From Patescibacteria group bacterium (GTDB lineage Bacteria; Patescibacteriota; Doudnabacteria; UBA920), in contig WARV01000008.1 in NCBI GenBank assembly GCA_013387205.1, forward strand, positions 136 to 64,135: 64,000 bases of DNA, written 5' to 3'. The notes under the pieces are model-generated. The model was not told the origin of the DNA. It did not search any database and was given only the letters and a program-made list of their open reading frames with translations. The position numbers and the translations under genes were made by a program. How positions within the stretch are numbered: position 1 is the stretch's first letter; the number at the start of each line of letters is the position of its first letter. This document shows positions 36,290 through 47,045 of the stretch, one piece after another.

Positions 36290-37549
36290 ATGGACATTGA
36301 ACAGAATCCAGGCGGTACAAATTCAGCACCGGAAAGAAAGACTTTAAGAAATCCTTTAAAATCAACCACTATAATAGTGTTGGTTGCGATTTTAGTAGGG
36401 TATGTTTTCGGCTTTCAGACCGGTAAAAAAGGCTACACTTTTGTCCCAAAGGAATTTAAGATAGTCAACCAGGCTGACCAGCCAAAAACAGTAGATTACC
36501 AGCTATTGTGGGACGCGATTAACGTGATTAACGAAAAATATATAGACAAGCCGGTCGACCAGCAGAAAATTTTGTATGGCGCAGTTAAGGGTGCAGTGGC
36601 TGCAACAGGAGACCCGTACACTGACTTTTTTGAACCGAAAGATTTAGAAAGCTTTAAGACAGATTTAAAAGGTTCGTTTGACGGAATTGGTGCGGAGATC
36701 GGCAAGAAGGATGGTAATATTGTTGTTATTGCTCCGATTGATGACAGTCCGGCAAAGAAAGCAGGAATCCAGCCGAAAGATATTATCCTTCAGGTTGATG
36801 GAAAGTCTACGGCCGATTGGTCAGTGGAAGAAGCGGTTAGCCACATCCGCGGGCAAAAAGGCACGGATGTTACTTTGACTATTTTCCGTGAAGGAAAAAA
36901 CAAGCCGTTTGACGTCAAGGTTACCAGGGCGCAAATTCAAGTTAAAAGCGTAAAGTGGCAGGTTAAAGATGTGAACGGCAAGAAAATTGCAGTTATTACA
37001 ATTTCCCGTTTTGGTGATGATACCAAGCCTTTGTTCGACCAGGCGGTAAATGACGTACTGACAAAGAATATTAACGGATTGGTTGTGGATTTGCGCAATA
37101 ACCCGGGCGGGTATCTGCAGACTGCGGTTGATTTGGCTTCCAATTGGGTTCCCTTGGGCAAGGTTGTTGTTACAGAAGCCAGGAGCCAGGACGGGTCCCA
37201 ACAGTATACGGCAAACGGACATACAAGGCTTTCGGGAATTAAAACCGTGGTGCTGATTAACGGTGGCAGCGCTTCGGCGTCGGAAATTTTGTCCGGTGCT
37301 TTGCAGGATTATAAAATTGCTGAGTTAATCGGGGAAAAAAGCTTCGGTAAGGGAAGCGTACAGGAATTGGTGGACTTGCGCGGGGGCAGTGCGGTTAAAG
37401 TAACTGTCGCAAAATGGATTACGCCAAACGGAAAGAACTTGAATAAGGACGGTTTGAATCCGGATGTCGAAGTTAAACTGTCTGATGATGATATTACTAA
37501 CAATCGCGACCCGCAAATGGACAAGGCATTGCAGGAAGTTACAAAATAA
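36290..37549 (+). CDS. ctpA: C-terminal processing peptidase S41
   Basis: DPYT, GIGA, PDZ, DLRNNPGG, SASASE, GKGSVQ. Confidence 0.93.
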   Translation: MDIEQNPGGTNSAPERKTLRNPLKSTTIIVLVAILVGYVFGFQTGKKGYTFVPKEFKIVNQADQPKTVDYQLLWDAINVINEKYIDKPVDQQKILYGAVKGAVAATGDPYTDFFEPKDLESFKTDLKGSFDGIGAEIGKKDGNIVVIAPIDDSPAKKAGIQPKDIILQVDGKSTADWSVEEAVSHIRGQKGTDVTLTIFREGKNKPFDVKVTRAQIQVKSVKWQVKDVNGKKIAVITISRFGDDTKPLFDQAVNDVLTKNINGLVVDLRNNPGGYLQTAVDLASNWVPLGKVVVTEARSQDGSQQYTANGHTRLSGIKTVVLINGGSASASEILSGALQDYKIAELIGEKSFGKGSVQELVDLRGGSAVKVTVAKWITPNGKNLNKDGLNPDVEVKLSDDDITNNRDPQMDKALQEVTK

Positions 37550-37645
37550 ATTAACCTAATTATTCTAAACAAATCCCAATTCCTAATTTCTAAAATTAGA
37601 CATTATTTAGAATAATTAGAGCAATTAGAATAATTAGGAATAATT
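37548..37645. repeat. Family A periodic IR
   Basis: AATTAACCTAATTATTCTAA...TTAGAGCAATTAGAATAATTAGG. Confidence 0.8.
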
Positions 37646-37650
37646 ATACC

Positions 37651-39441
37651 ATGTCTAAAATAACAGCACAGCAACTGCGAACTAAATATCTCGAATTCTT
37701 CAAATCCAAAGGCCATACCGTTATCCCTTCGGCGTCTTTGGTGCCGGAAAACGATTCTTCAGTTTTGTTTACCACAGCGGGAATGCATCCTTTGGTTCCT
37801 TATCTTTTAGGGCAGCAGCATCCGGGCGGAAAAAGGGTGACAAACGTGCAAAAGTGCATCAGGACCGGCGATATTGACGAAGTTGGGGATAATACCCATC
37901 TGACCTTTTTTGAGATGCTTGGAAACTGGAGCTTTGGGGATTATTTCAAGAAAGAGGCGATTTCCTGGAGCTTTGAATTTTTGACAAGCAAAGATGGTTT
38001 GAATTTGCCGCTGGAGCGTTTGGCGTTTTCAGTTTTTGCCGGAGACCAGGATGCTCCGCGCGATGAAGAAGCCGCCGGCATTTGGAAGTCGTTAGGCGTT
38101 AAGGAAGAAAGAATCGCGTATTTGCCGAAAGAAGATAACTGGTGGATAGCGGGAAACACCGGGCCATGCGGACCTGACACGGAAATGTTTTATTGGATAG
38201 ACGATGGCACGCCGGCTCCGGCAAATTTCCAGGAGACTAAAGAAGACAAGCGTTGGGTGGAAATTTGGAATGACGTGTTTATGCAGTTTGAAAAACAGCC
38301 GGATGGCAAGCTTGTTCCCTTAAAACAGCAAAACGTGGATACTGGGATGGGTTTGGACAGGACCTTGGCAGTTTTAAACGGACAAAAATCTGTTTATGAC
38401 ACAGAAATCTTTAAGCCATTGTTCGATGTTTTGTCTTTGGGCCAGGAAGTAATGTCTAACGATGAAATCCGCAAAGCCAGGATAATCTTAGACCACATTC
38501 GCGCATCAGTTTTTATTGTTGCCGACGGTGTCGAGCCGTCTAATAAAGACAGGGGTTATGTTTTAAGAAGGCTCCTGCGGCGCAGTATGGTTTACGGCAA
38601 GCTTTTGAATCTGCAAAACCATTGGCTCAAGGCGCTTATTGGCCAAGTTATGGCGATTTATGGCGATGCGTATCCGGGAATTGTCAGAGACAGCAATAGG
38701 ATTTTTGAAGTAATAGAAGCAGAGCAGAAAAAATTCGGCTTAACGCTCGAAAAAGGACTTAAACAATTAGAATCAAGAATCAAGAATCAAGAATCAGGCG
38801 GACTGACAGGCAAGGAAGCTTTTGATTTGTATCAATCATTCGGTTTTCCATGGGAGCTGACCAAGGAGATGGCGGAAGCGATTGGGCAAAAAATCAATAA
38901 GGAAGAATTTGAAACTGAATTCAAAAAGCACCAGGAATTATCCCGCACCGCCAGTGCCGGTCAGTTTAAAGGCGGGCTTGGCGGCAATAGCGAAAAAATC
39001 GTGAAATATCATACTGCTACGCACTTGATGAACGCAGCGTTAAGGCAAGTGCTTGGAGAGCATGTCTGGCAAAAGGGGAGCAACATCACCGAAGAGCGCA
39101 CCAGGTTCGATTTTACACATCCTCAAAAAATGACCGAAGAGGAAAAATTGAGCGTTGAAGCTTTGGTTAACGGATGGATTAGCCAAGATTTGCAGGTTAA
39201 AAAAGACATTATGCCTATTGAAGAGGCTAGAAAATTAAACGCCATTGGGGTGTTCGGCGAGAAATATTCTGACACAGTATCCGTTTATACAATTGCCGAC
39301 ACCAATACGGGCGAAGTGGTATCCCGCGAACTTTGCGGCGGCCCGCACGTCGAACATACCGGGGTGATAGGAAAATTCAAGATACAAAAAGAAGAAGCGT
39401 CCAGTGCAGGTATCCGCCGCATAAAAGCAACTATAGAATAG
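37651..39441 (+). CDS. alaS: Alanine--tRNA ligase, short form lacking the C-Ala domain
   Basis: FTTAGM, TFFEMLGN, GPCGP, EIWN, DTGMG, HTATH, ELCGGPHV. Confidence 0.97.
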   Translation: MSKITAQQLRTKYLEFFKSKGHTVIPSASLVPENDSSVLFTTAGMHPLVPYLLGQQHPGGKRVTNVQKCIRTGDIDEVGDNTHLTFFEMLGNWSFGDYFKKEAISWSFEFLTSKDGLNLPLERLAFSVFAGDQDAPRDEEAAGIWKSLGVKEERIAYLPKEDNWWIAGNTGPCGPDTEMFYWIDDGTPAPANFQETKEDKRWVEIWNDVFMQFEKQPDGKLVPLKQQNVDTGMGLDRTLAVLNGQKSVYDTEIFKPLFDVLSLGQEVMSNDEIRKARIILDHIRASVFIVADGVEPSNKDRGYVLRRLLRRSMVYGKLLNLQNHWLKALIGQVMAIYGDAYPGIVRDSNRIFEVIEAEQKKFGLTLEKGLKQLESRIKNQESGGLTGKEAFDLYQSFGFPWELTKEMAEAIGQKINKEEFETEFKKHQELSRTASAGQFKGGLGGNSEKIVKYHTATHLMNAALRQVLGEHVWQKGSNITEERTRFDFTHPQKMTEEEKLSVEALVNGWISQDLQVKKDIMPIEEARKLNAIGVFGEKYSDTVSVYTIADTNTGEVVSRELCGGPHVEHTGVIGKFKIQKEEASSAGIRRIKATIE

Positions 39442-39556
39442 TTTATAGTTTGTAGTAAGTAGTTTATAGAAAATAAAACAAAATAATCAGCCCCAAAGGG
39501 GCCCCTTTGGGGCATTAAAATCCGCGCAGCAGATCCGCGTTAAGATCTGTGGTCAT

Positions 39557-40726
39557 ATGAAATTGGATTTTTTTAATTGTCCAAGTCCAGAAGGTTTGGA
39601 TAAGGCAATATTGCCAAAAGAAAAGCCTTTGTTTTTAACTTACAAGCCGCAGTTTGATTTGTTGGAGCAAATGGCCGGGAAGTATAAAAATTACAAAAAT
39701 ATTTTAGTTATCGGACATGGCGGAAGCATTAACAGCTTTTATGGCGTTTATAATGCCTTGATTGAACTAACGGACAAAAAAGCTTATTTCTTGAACACTA
39801 CAGATCCGGATTACATCAATCGTTTAAAAAAAGAACTGAACCCTAAAGATACCCTAGTTATCCCAATCAGCAAATCCGGGGAAACTGTTACTTTGCTCGA
39901 AGCTTTGGCCCAGTTTGCTGATTTTCCATTGCTGTTTATTGCCGGCAGGGACAGTGCTTTGTGGGAAATTGCGAAAAAAATGAATGCCGATGTCGTGCCG
40001 CATCCTGCAATTGGAGGCAGGTTCAACGGAGTTACGGAAATTACTCTGCTGCCGGCGGCTTTGGTAGGTTTAAATATCAAAAAATTATTTGATGGCGCCG
40101 GTAAGTTTTATCAGATGTACGATGTTGATAATTTGGCGTTTAAGGCTGCTTCAGTTTTTTGGCAATTGGAACAAAAAGGATTTGTGGATGTCTTTATGCC
40201 TTTTTATTCCCATAACCTTTTTTACATGAGCAATATAATTGTGCAGCTTTGCCATGAAAGTTTTGGGAAAAATGGAATGGGGCAAACATATTTTGCGCAC
40301 GAAGCGCCGGAATCGCAACACCATACCAACCAAAGGTTTTTTGGCGGCAAAAAAAATATTGCCGGGTTTTTTGTGGGAACCGATAGTTTCCTATATCCGA
40401 CGCAGAATTCCATGCCAGCCGCAATCCACAGCGTTCAGATAAAAAACCACGCGCTTTTTGACCTGAATAATATTCCTTTGGAAGTTTCAATGGACAGCGA
40501 ATTGCACGGTACCTTGGAGGATGCAAAAATCAACAGCATACCGGCAGCGCATCTTTCCATTTCCGGTTTTTCTGAAAATGAGATAGGCAACCTTATGGCT
40601 TTTTGGCAGTTATACGCGGTTTATTCTTCACTGCTTAGGAAAGTGGACCCTTTTGACCAGCCGCAGGTAGAAAATAGTAAAGTGATATCGTTTAATAAGC
40701 GGTTAAAATATAAAAATTTGATATAA
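39557..40726 (+). CDS. pgi: Glucose-6-phosphate isomerase-like SIS protein
   Basis: IGHGGS, SKSGETV, IGGRF, ESFGK, DPFDQPQVE..K. Confidence 0.8.
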   Translation: MKLDFFNCPSPEGLDKAILPKEKPLFLTYKPQFDLLEQMAGKYKNYKNILVIGHGGSINSFYGVYNALIELTDKKAYFLNTTDPDYINRLKKELNPKDTLVIPISKSGETVTLLEALAQFADFPLLFIAGRDSALWEIAKKMNADVVPHPAIGGRFNGVTEITLLPAALVGLNIKKLFDGAGKFYQMYDVDNLAFKAASVFWQLEQKGFVDVFMPFYSHNLFYMSNIIVQLCHESFGKNGMGQTYFAHEAPESQHHTNQRFFGGKKNIAGFFVGTDSFLYPTQNSMPAAIHSVQIKNHALFDLNNIPLEVSMDSELHGTLEDAKINSIPAAHLSISGFSENEIGNLMAFWQLYAVYSSLLRKVDPFDQPQVENSKVISFNKRLKYKNLI

Positions 40727-40910
40727 CTTTAAAGCTTAATCGTCTTGATTGACAAAATTGTCATAATTTAAAAAATTGACACAAATATTACTGCAGTTTA
40801 TTTATGTCAATTTTGTCATTTTTTTATTTTTGTCATTTCATTTGCTATTGCTTTATTAACAAAATAAGCATAAAATAAGGTTGAAAACAGTTTTTAACCT
40901 CATGTTTGTT

Positions 40911-42686
40911 ATGGTTCCCAGTATTTATATCAACCTAGAAGATGATGTTGCCAAAATAACTGCCCGCATCAAAAAACAGAAAGCGGACAAGCTGGTTTTG
41001 GTATGCCCAAAAAGGTGTTTTTTATTCAATGACAGCATAAATTTAAGGCTTCTGAAAAAACAGGTAGATTTGCTGAAAAAGGAGGTTTATATTTTGACAA
41101 TGGATGAACGGGGCCAGATGTATGCCAAAGAAGCCGGGTTCCAATTAAAGTTTTTACCGAAACAGGTAACTAGCAAGGGCATTTCTGATGTAAAAGTTGC
41201 CGCCAAGCCTGAGAAAATACAACCGCAAAAAGTAGAAGATGCTTCAGTAAAAAAACAGGAAACGCATAAGAAAAAAGAAGAGCGGGTTTTCGTGCCGGAA
41301 GAAGTCGTTGAAGAACAGGAAAAATACGGGTTGGAAGAAGAGCCTGGGGCTATCCCGCAATCATTTAATAAACCAAGCCAGTTTGGGCAAAAATCCGAAC
41401 CTGCAAAAGGCAAGATTAAAATTTCCGTGCCTAAGGTGTCAATGAGCCAGGCATTTTTTCCCAGGGAGATAGAACAGTCTTATAAATCTGATGGAAAAAA
41501 ACCATCAGGAAAAAATTGGATTATATCCATAATGTTAATTTTGGTGCTGCTGGCCGGGACCGCTGTTGTGGTTTTCTTCGTTCTTCCTAAAGCCACGGTT
41601 GTCGTATATCCAAAAACTGAAGCTGTTACAAGGGATATGGAAGTTACAATAAGCACCAATGTAAAAAATCCGGATACATCAAAACTTTTGTTGCCGGCTA
41701 CCAAAGTCACGGACGAATTGGATGTTACCCAAAAATTCCAAAGCCAGGGTAAAAAAGAAGTTGGAAATAAAGCTGTTGGAACGGTATATATTTATAATTT
41801 CACCAGACAGCCGCTGAATTTGAAGGCTAACACTACGACTTTAACTGTCGGAAGCAAAAATTACGTCTTAACGAGCGATGTGAACCAGTTAAAACCGACC
41901 CTTTACAAGAACGCCAAAACAAAAGAAATTGACGAAAATTCTTTGGCGGCTCCCGTCGAAGTTGAGGCGGCAGAAGGCGGTGACAGCTCAAATGTTCCCG
42001 CGGGGACCAGAATGGAAATATCTAACCAGGTATTTGGCAGCAAGCCCCAGTTTTTATATGCCAAAACAGCGACTTCCGTAACCGGCGGGACATCGAGGTA
42101 CTTGTCTTTTGTATCCGATTTGGATATTTCCAATTCCCAAAAAAGCTTGGGCGATGCGTTGATAAGCCAAGAGCAGCAAAAACTTTCGCAGCAAAACTTG
42201 GTTATCCCTGACAAAGCTTATATTATAGAACCTGAGCAGTTTTCTACGGATAAGCCGTCGGGTACTAATAGTCCAAACTTTGAAGCTGTGCTTAAAGCCA
42301 AAATAACCGCGCTGGCAATTAACAAGCAAGATTTATTTAAGCTGGCTGGCGACCGTATTAAGCAAACTTTGGCTACAAACAAAAGTTTGGAAGACATAAG
42401 CGATAACCAGCTTAGCTACAAAATTAAAAGCATTGACTTGAGCAATGAACTTGCGGTTCTTTTTGTCCATTATGAAGGCCAGGCAGTCTTAAACGTCAAT
42501 TTGGACGGGTTAAATGAAGAATTGGCTGGAAAAAGCCAGGACCAGGTTAATGAATTTTTATCTTCAAAAGCGGAAATTAATAAAATAGATATTACACTGG
42601 CGCCTTCCTGGCAGAAAAATTTTCCCAGATTTGCCAATAGAATTGGCGTAACACTGGGGAAATTTAACGTTCAAAATAGTCAGTAA
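40911..42686 (+). CDS. Membrane-anchored protein with baseplate-J-like domain
   Basis: N-terminal INLRLLK region, TM, KAVGTVYIYN, VEAAEGGDSSNVPAG, TGG. Confidence 0.7.
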   Translation: MVPSIYINLEDDVAKITARIKKQKADKLVLVCPKRCFLFNDSINLRLLKKQVDLLKKEVYILTMDERGQMYAKEAGFQLKFLPKQVTSKGISDVKVAAKPEKIQPQKVEDASVKKQETHKKKEERVFVPEEVVEEQEKYGLEEEPGAIPQSFNKPSQFGQKSEPAKGKIKISVPKVSMSQAFFPREIEQSYKSDGKKPSGKNWIISIMLILVLLAGTAVVVFFVLPKATVVVYPKTEAVTRDMEVTISTNVKNPDTSKLLLPATKVTDELDVTQKFQSQGKKEVGNKAVGTVYIYNFTRQPLNLKANTTTLTVGSKNYVLTSDVNQLKPTLYKNAKTKEIDENSLAAPVEVEAAEGGDSSNVPAGTRMEISNQVFGSKPQFLYAKTATSVTGGTSRYLSFVSDLDISNSQKSLGDALISQEQQKLSQQNLVIPDKAYIIEPEQFSTDKPSGTNSPNFEAVLKAKITALAINKQDLFKLAGDRIKQTLATNKSLEDISDNQLSYKIKSIDLSNELAVLFVHYEGQAVLNVNLDGLNEELAGKSQDQVNEFLSSKAEINKIDITLAPSWQKNFPRFANRIGVTLGKFNVQNSQ

Positions 42687-42732
42687 TTATTAAAGTGGCT
42701 TATTTAGGCCAAGTTTAATAATATTGTTGTAT

Positions 42733-42761
42733 TTGACTTTTTTTAAATTATTGTGTAGAAT
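42733..42761 (+). promoter_or_regulatory. Promoter of the infA/alpha operon
   Basis: TTGACT-N17-TAGAAT. Confidence 0.65.
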
Positions 42762-42787
42762 TACAGCAAATCATTTAAATAGACAAT

Positions 42788-43042
42788 TTGATATACAGTA
42801 ATCAAGACTTAGGAAAGTCCGGTAAAAATAAGAAAGATGTCATCGAACTTGAGGGCAAAGTCATTGAAAATTTGCCTAATGCTATTTTTCGTGTCCAGCT
42901 GGATTCAGGTCAGGTTGTTGTGGGCCATCTATCCGGAAAAATGAGAGTGAATATGATAAAGGTTCTGCCTGGCGACAGGGTTATTATTGAAATGACTCCT
43001 TATGATTTATCAAAAGGCAGAATTACAAGAAGAATGAGATAA
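42788..43042 (+). CDS. infA: Translation initiation factor IF-1 (TTG start, start uncertain)
   Basis: [32 protein letters not shown]. Confidence 0.95.
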   Translation: MIYSNQDLGKSGKNKKDVIELEGKVIENLPNAIFRVQLDSGQVVVGHLSGKMRVNMIKVLPGDRVIIEMTPYDLSKGRITRRMR

Positions 43043-43048
43043 GTAATA

Positions 43049-43134
43049 TAATCCGAATTATCCGAATATAATCCAAATGACCCGAAATAGGACTCATTTG
43101 GGCATTCGGATGGTAATTCGGGGAATTAGGATTA
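43049..43134. repeat. Family C periodic IR (ATCCGAATT); also 43767-43870, 46529-46619 and 50640-50732
   Basis: TAATCCGAATTATCCGAAT...ATTCGGATG..AATTCGGGG.ATTAGGATTA. Confidence 0.9.
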
Positions 43135-43139
43135 TATCT

Positions 43140-43253
43140 ATGAAAGTCAGGGCAAGTGTTAAACCAATGTGCAAGAAGTGCAAAGTTGTTAAAAGATTCG
43201 GCAGGATTTACATTATTTGCGAAAATCCAAAGCATAAGCAGCGCCAAGGCTAA
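43140..43253 (+). CDS. rpmJ: 50S ribosomal protein L36
   Basis: Not in the ORF track: [37 protein letters not shown]. Confidence 0.97.
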   Translation: MKVRASVKPMCKKCKVVKRFGRIYIICENPKHKQRQG

Positions 43254-43374
43254 CGCCTTGTCTGCAGGCGAAAAGCCAAAAAGTTTGTAAAGTTACAAAG
43301 AATACAACAACGCAACTTTTAGCAATACGAACTTCAAGGTTTTATAAACATTAAAATTTTATTAACTTAATTTT

Positions 43375-43764
43375 ATGGCACGTATCGCAGGGATAAACAT
43401 TCCTAACGAAAAAAGAATAGAAGCTGCTTTGCCGGTTATATACGGGATAGGCTTTACTCTGTCCAAAAAGATTTTGGCGGCGACCAATGTGGATCCGAAT
43501 AAGAGAACCAAGGACTTGTCGGAAGAAGAACTGAACAGGATCCGCGAATACATTGAAAAAAACTTCAAAGTAGAAGGCGAGTTAAGGCAGCAGATTTTAT
43601 TGAACATCAAGAGGCTTAAAGAAATCAGCGCTTACCGCGGGATAAGGCATATTAGAGGTTTGCCGGTCCGCGGCCAAAGGACAAAAACCAACTCCAGAAC
43701 CAGAAGGGGTAATGTCCGTAAAACTGCCGGAAGCGGCCGTAAAGCAGCTTCAGAAAAAACATAA
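43375..43764 (+). CDS. rpsM: 30S ribosomal protein S13
   Basis: [24 protein letters not shown]. Confidence 0.98.
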   Translation: MARIAGINIPNEKRIEAALPVIYGIGFTLSKKILAATNVDPNKRTKDLSEEELNRIREYIEKNFKVEGELRQQILLNIKRLKEISAYRGIRHIRGLPVRGQRTKTNSRTRRGNVRKTAGSGRKAASEKT

Positions 43765-43880
43765 CATAATCCGAATTATCCGAATAATCCGCCAGCTGGC
43801 GGACCAAATGACCCGAAAAAGGGAGAAGCCATTTGGGGCATTCGGATGGTAATTCGGGGTATTAGGATTAATATTACATT

Positions 43881-44351
43881 ATGGCGGAAGAAACCACACA
43901 ACCAAATATCGCGACTCCAATCGAGGCTGCTCCTGCGCCGGCGGCGGAAGCCACCGAAGCTGCGGCTAAGATCAAGTCAGGTAAGAAGAAGAAATCCAAG
44001 GCCAAGGTCACTAAGGGAAAGATTTACATCAACTCCACTTACAACAACACCATCGTTTCAGTCACTGACATGTCAGGCAATGTCCTGATTTGGAGCAGTG
44101 CTGGAAAAATCGGTTTTAAGGGATCAAAGAAATCCACTCCTTATGCCGGCCAAAAGACCATGGATGACGCTTTGGCAAGAATTAAGGAAAGAGGGTTGTC
44201 TGAAGTTGATGTATTCATTAAAGGCATTGGATCCGGCAGGGAATCGGCAGTAAGGGCTTTGCAGGGTTCTGGCTTGAATGTTATTTCCATTAAAGACCAA
44301 ACCCCGATTCCTCACGGAGGAGTCAGGCCGAAGAAGCCGAGAAGAGTATAA
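43881..44351 (+). CDS. rpsK: 30S ribosomal protein S11 with Ala/Pro-rich N-terminal extension
   Basis: [25 protein letters not shown]. Confidence 0.97.
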   Translation: MAEETTQPNIATPIEAAPAPAAEATEAAAKIKSGKKKKSKAKVTKGKIYINSTYNNTIVSVTDMSGNVLIWSSAGKIGFKGSKKSTPYAGQKTMDDALARIKERGLSEVDVFIKGIGSGRESAVRALQGSGLNVISIKDQTPIPHGGVRPKKPRRV

Positions 44352-44431
44352 TTATATAAACATTTAAACATATAAACATTTAAACATTAATGCATGTTCG
44401 CATGCTTAAATGCTTAAATGCTCAAATGATT

Positions 44432-45040
44432 ATGAGATACACAGGTCCAAAAGTAAAAAAAGCCAGAAGGCTCGGAATGGCTTTTACTGCAAAAGACGCA
44501 AAGATTTTGCAGAAGAGAAACTTTCCCCCGGGACAGCACGGCCAAAACAGGGTCAGGCTTTCTGAATACGGGATGCAGCTCAGGGAAAAGCAAAAAGCCA
44601 AAATCACTTACGGCGTATTAGAACGCCAATTCGAAAAATATTTCAACAAGGCCCTAAAACAGGCCGGAGTTACCGGTGATAATTTGCTCAAACTCTTAGA
44701 ACTGAGGCTGGATAGCGTGGTTTTCCGCTTGGGTTTTGCGGAAACCAGGGCTCAGGCCAGGCAGTTAGTTGGCCACGGTTTCTTTGAAGTCAATGGCAAG
44801 AAGGTTAATATCCCTTCTTATTCCGTAAAAGTTGGCGATACGATTGCAATCAGGGAAGTTAAGCAGAAATCCAAGTATATAGAAAAGATCAAGGAAAAAA
44901 TCAAGAACTTCCAAACCCAGGAATGGCTGGAACTTAATTCTTCCAAGCTGTCCGGAAAAGTCCTGACATCCCCAGAACCGGAAATGATTGGCAATACAAT
45001 CAACACCCAGCTGATAGTTGAACACTACAGCAGGACATAA
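44432..45040 (+). CDS. rpsD: 30S ribosomal protein S4
   Basis: RYTGP, PPGQHG, SEYGMQLREKQK, RLDSVVFRLGFA. Confidence 0.97.
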   Translation: MRYTGPKVKKARRLGMAFTAKDAKILQKRNFPPGQHGQNRVRLSEYGMQLREKQKAKITYGVLERQFEKYFNKALKQAGVTGDNLLKLLELRLDSVVFRLGFAETRAQARQLVGHGFFEVNGKKVNIPSYSVKVGDTIAIREVKQKSKYIEKIKEKIKNFQTQEWLELNSSKLSGKVLTSPEPEMIGNTINTQLIVEHYSRT

Positions 45041-45085
45041 AAAAAGCGCTAAGCGCATTAATAATTATTTTTGGAGGCAAATTTT

Positions 45086-46018
45086 ATGGAAGCTATTCCA
45101 CTTCCTAATCACTCAAAAGTACAAGATTTAGGCAATAATAAATACAGCTTAATTCTGGAGCCGTTATATCCCGGCTACGGCGTTACTATTGGTAATGCCA
45201 TGAGGCGCGTGTTGCTTTCTTCCATGCCCGGAGCTGCGGTTACGGCTGTAAAAATTAAATTTGTCGACCACGAATTTTCCACTATTCCGCATGTTAAAGA
45301 AGACGTAATCCAGATTATTTTGAACCTCAAGCAGTTGAGGATCAAAAGCTTTAGCGCTGAACCGGTTAGATTATCCTTAAAGGTTAAGGGTGAAAAAACC
45401 GTTACCGCGGCCGATATAAAAGAAATCGACCAGGTCCAAATTATCAGCAAGGATTTGCACATTGCGACTTTGGACAACAAGAATGCGGAACTGGATATGG
45501 AATTGGTTGTAGAGCAGGGCAGGGGATACTTGCCGGTTGAAGCCAGGGAAAACCAGAAGCTGGAAGTCGGCATGATTGCCTTGGACGCGATATTTACTCC
45601 GTTGAAATCTGTGCACTTTGATGTTTCTAATGTACGTGTCGGCCAATTGACCAACTTTGACAAGCTGGAAATCTTCATGGAAACTGACGGTACAATGGAT
45701 GGACAGGAAGCGGTTGATATTGCAGCCCATATCTTGGTTGACCACTTTACCATGATGTTCTCCAATGATTTTGGTAAAATCGAAACTCCGGTTGAAACTG
45801 AAATTGCCGTTGCTGAAGAAATGGTTCCGGTAATCGCTTCTGCCGAGAATGAAATTGAAAATTCTACTCTTTCGACTAGGGCGAAAAACGCCTTGTCCAA
45901 GAACGGGGTTACTTCAATCGCGGCTTTGCAGAAACTCAGCAACGAAGAAATCGGCAGCCTTTCCGGTTTAGGCGATAAAACCATCAAGGAAATTTACGAT
46001 TTCCTTGGCAGACAATAA
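45086..46018 (+). CDS. rpoA: RNA polymerase subunit alpha
   Basis: EPLYPGYGVTIGNAMRRVLLSS, HEFSTI, GRGY, DAIFTP. Confidence 0.98.
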   Translation: MEAIPLPNHSKVQDLGNNKYSLILEPLYPGYGVTIGNAMRRVLLSSMPGAAVTAVKIKFVDHEFSTIPHVKEDVIQIILNLKQLRIKSFSAEPVRLSLKVKGEKTVTAADIKEIDQVQIISKDLHIATLDNKNAELDMELVVEQGRGYLPVEARENQKLEVGMIALDAIFTPLKSVHFDVSNVRVGQLTNFDKLEIFMETDGTMDGQEAVDIAAHILVDHFTMMFSNDFGKIETPVETEIAVAEEMVPVIASAENEIENSTLSTRAKNALSKNGVTSIAALQKLSNEEIGSLSGLGDKTIKEIYDFLGRQ

Positions 46019-46021
46019 AAC

Positions 46022-46143
46022 AATGACAAAATTGACATAATTGACAAAAATGACAAAAATATTGCAGCAAAATTATGTTCAATTTTATTAGCTCCTCAGC
46101 TCGGAAATTTAATTAATTAAATTTCCGAGCTGAGGAGCTAATA
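46022..46143. repeat. Family E arm followed by a perfect 58-bp palindrome (46086-46143)
   Basis: TATTAGCTCCTCAGCTCGGAAATTTAATT|AATTAAATTTCCGAGCTGAGGAGCTAATA. Confidence 0.85.
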
Positions 46144-46181
46144 CAGGGTATTTAATTATTTAAAGTATGATCAATTAATTT

Positions 46182-46526
46182 ATGCGCCATCAAAAGAAGA
46201 AAAAAATAGGCAAAGGAACTGACCATAGGAGAAAATTACTCAGAACACTTGCATCCTCGGCAATTCTTTACGAGAAGATTGAGACTTCTTATGCTAATGC
46301 CAGGGCCGTAAAGCCGTATCTGGAAAAAGCCATAACCCAAGCTAAAGATAATTCCTTGTATAGCAGGAGATTGTTGCTTTCCAGGCTGAGCACCATGGCC
46401 ACGAAAAAAGCTTTGGAAGTTTTAGGGCCTAAGTATAAGGAAAGAAAAGGCGGTTATACCAGGATGATTAAGCTGAATAATCCGCATGAAGGAAAGTCAA
46501 AAGTAATTTTGGAATTAGTAGAGTAA
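46182..46526 (+). CDS. rplQ: 50S ribosomal protein L17
   Basis: MRH, HRRKLLR, RKGGYTRM. Confidence 0.95.
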   Translation: MRHQKKKKIGKGTDHRRKLLRTLASSAILYEKIETSYANARAVKPYLEKAITQAKDNSLYSRRLLLSRLSTMATKKALEVLGPKYKERKGGYTRMIKLNNPHEGKSKVILELVE

Positions 46527-46625
46527 CATAATCCGAATTATCCGAATATTATCCAAATGACCCGAATAGGGAAGAACTCATTTGGGGCATTCGGATGCTG
46601 ATTCGGGGGATTAGGATTAATAATT

Positions 46626-47045
46626 ATGCAATCACAGAAAATTACATTACCAAAGACAGTCAAACGCGTCTGGTATCAGATTGATGCATCTTCCCAAACC
46701 ATGGGCAGGGTGGCATCTAAAATCGCCAATTTGCTCAGGGGCAAGCATAAGAGGAATTTTACGCCTCATATGGACATGGGTGATTTTGTCGTAGCCGTAA
46801 ATGTAGACAAGCTCAAATTTACCGGCAAGAAAATGGAACAGAAGATGTACTACAGGCACTCCGGCTACTTGGGCGGCTTAAAAAGCTCTACTTTGAAGAC
46901 CGAGTTTCTTAAGCACCCGGACCAGGTTTTGAGGAAAGCGGTTTATAACATGCTTGACGACATTAAGTTCAGGAAGACACTTGTTTCTAGAATGAAATTA
47001 GTCAAAGGTACAGAACATAATTATAAGATAGACGAAACATTATAA
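46626..47045 (+). CDS. rplM: 50S ribosomal protein L13
   Basis: GRVAS, LRGKHK, TPHMDMGD, HSGYLGG. Confidence 0.97.
   Translation: MQSQKITLPKTVKRVWYQIDASSQTMGRVASKIANLLRGKHKRNFTPHMDMGDFVVAVNVDKLKFTGKKMEQKMYYRHSGYLGGLKSSTLKTEFLKHPDQVLRKAVYNMLDDIKFRKTLVSRMKLVKGTEHNYKIDETL

Noticed and set aside
37651-39441. Short AlaRS as a pseudogene
   Set aside because: Aminoacylation and editing motifs are intact and the ORF is clean; C-Ala-less forms occur in reduced genomes.
45175-45987. 270-aa antisense ORF in rpoA
   Set aside because: Codon-bias shadow of a conserved gene.
46527-46625. No truA between rplQ and rplM, and no secY-adk-map before infA
   Set aside because: Ordinary operon rearrangement; these genes may lie elsewhere in the genome.
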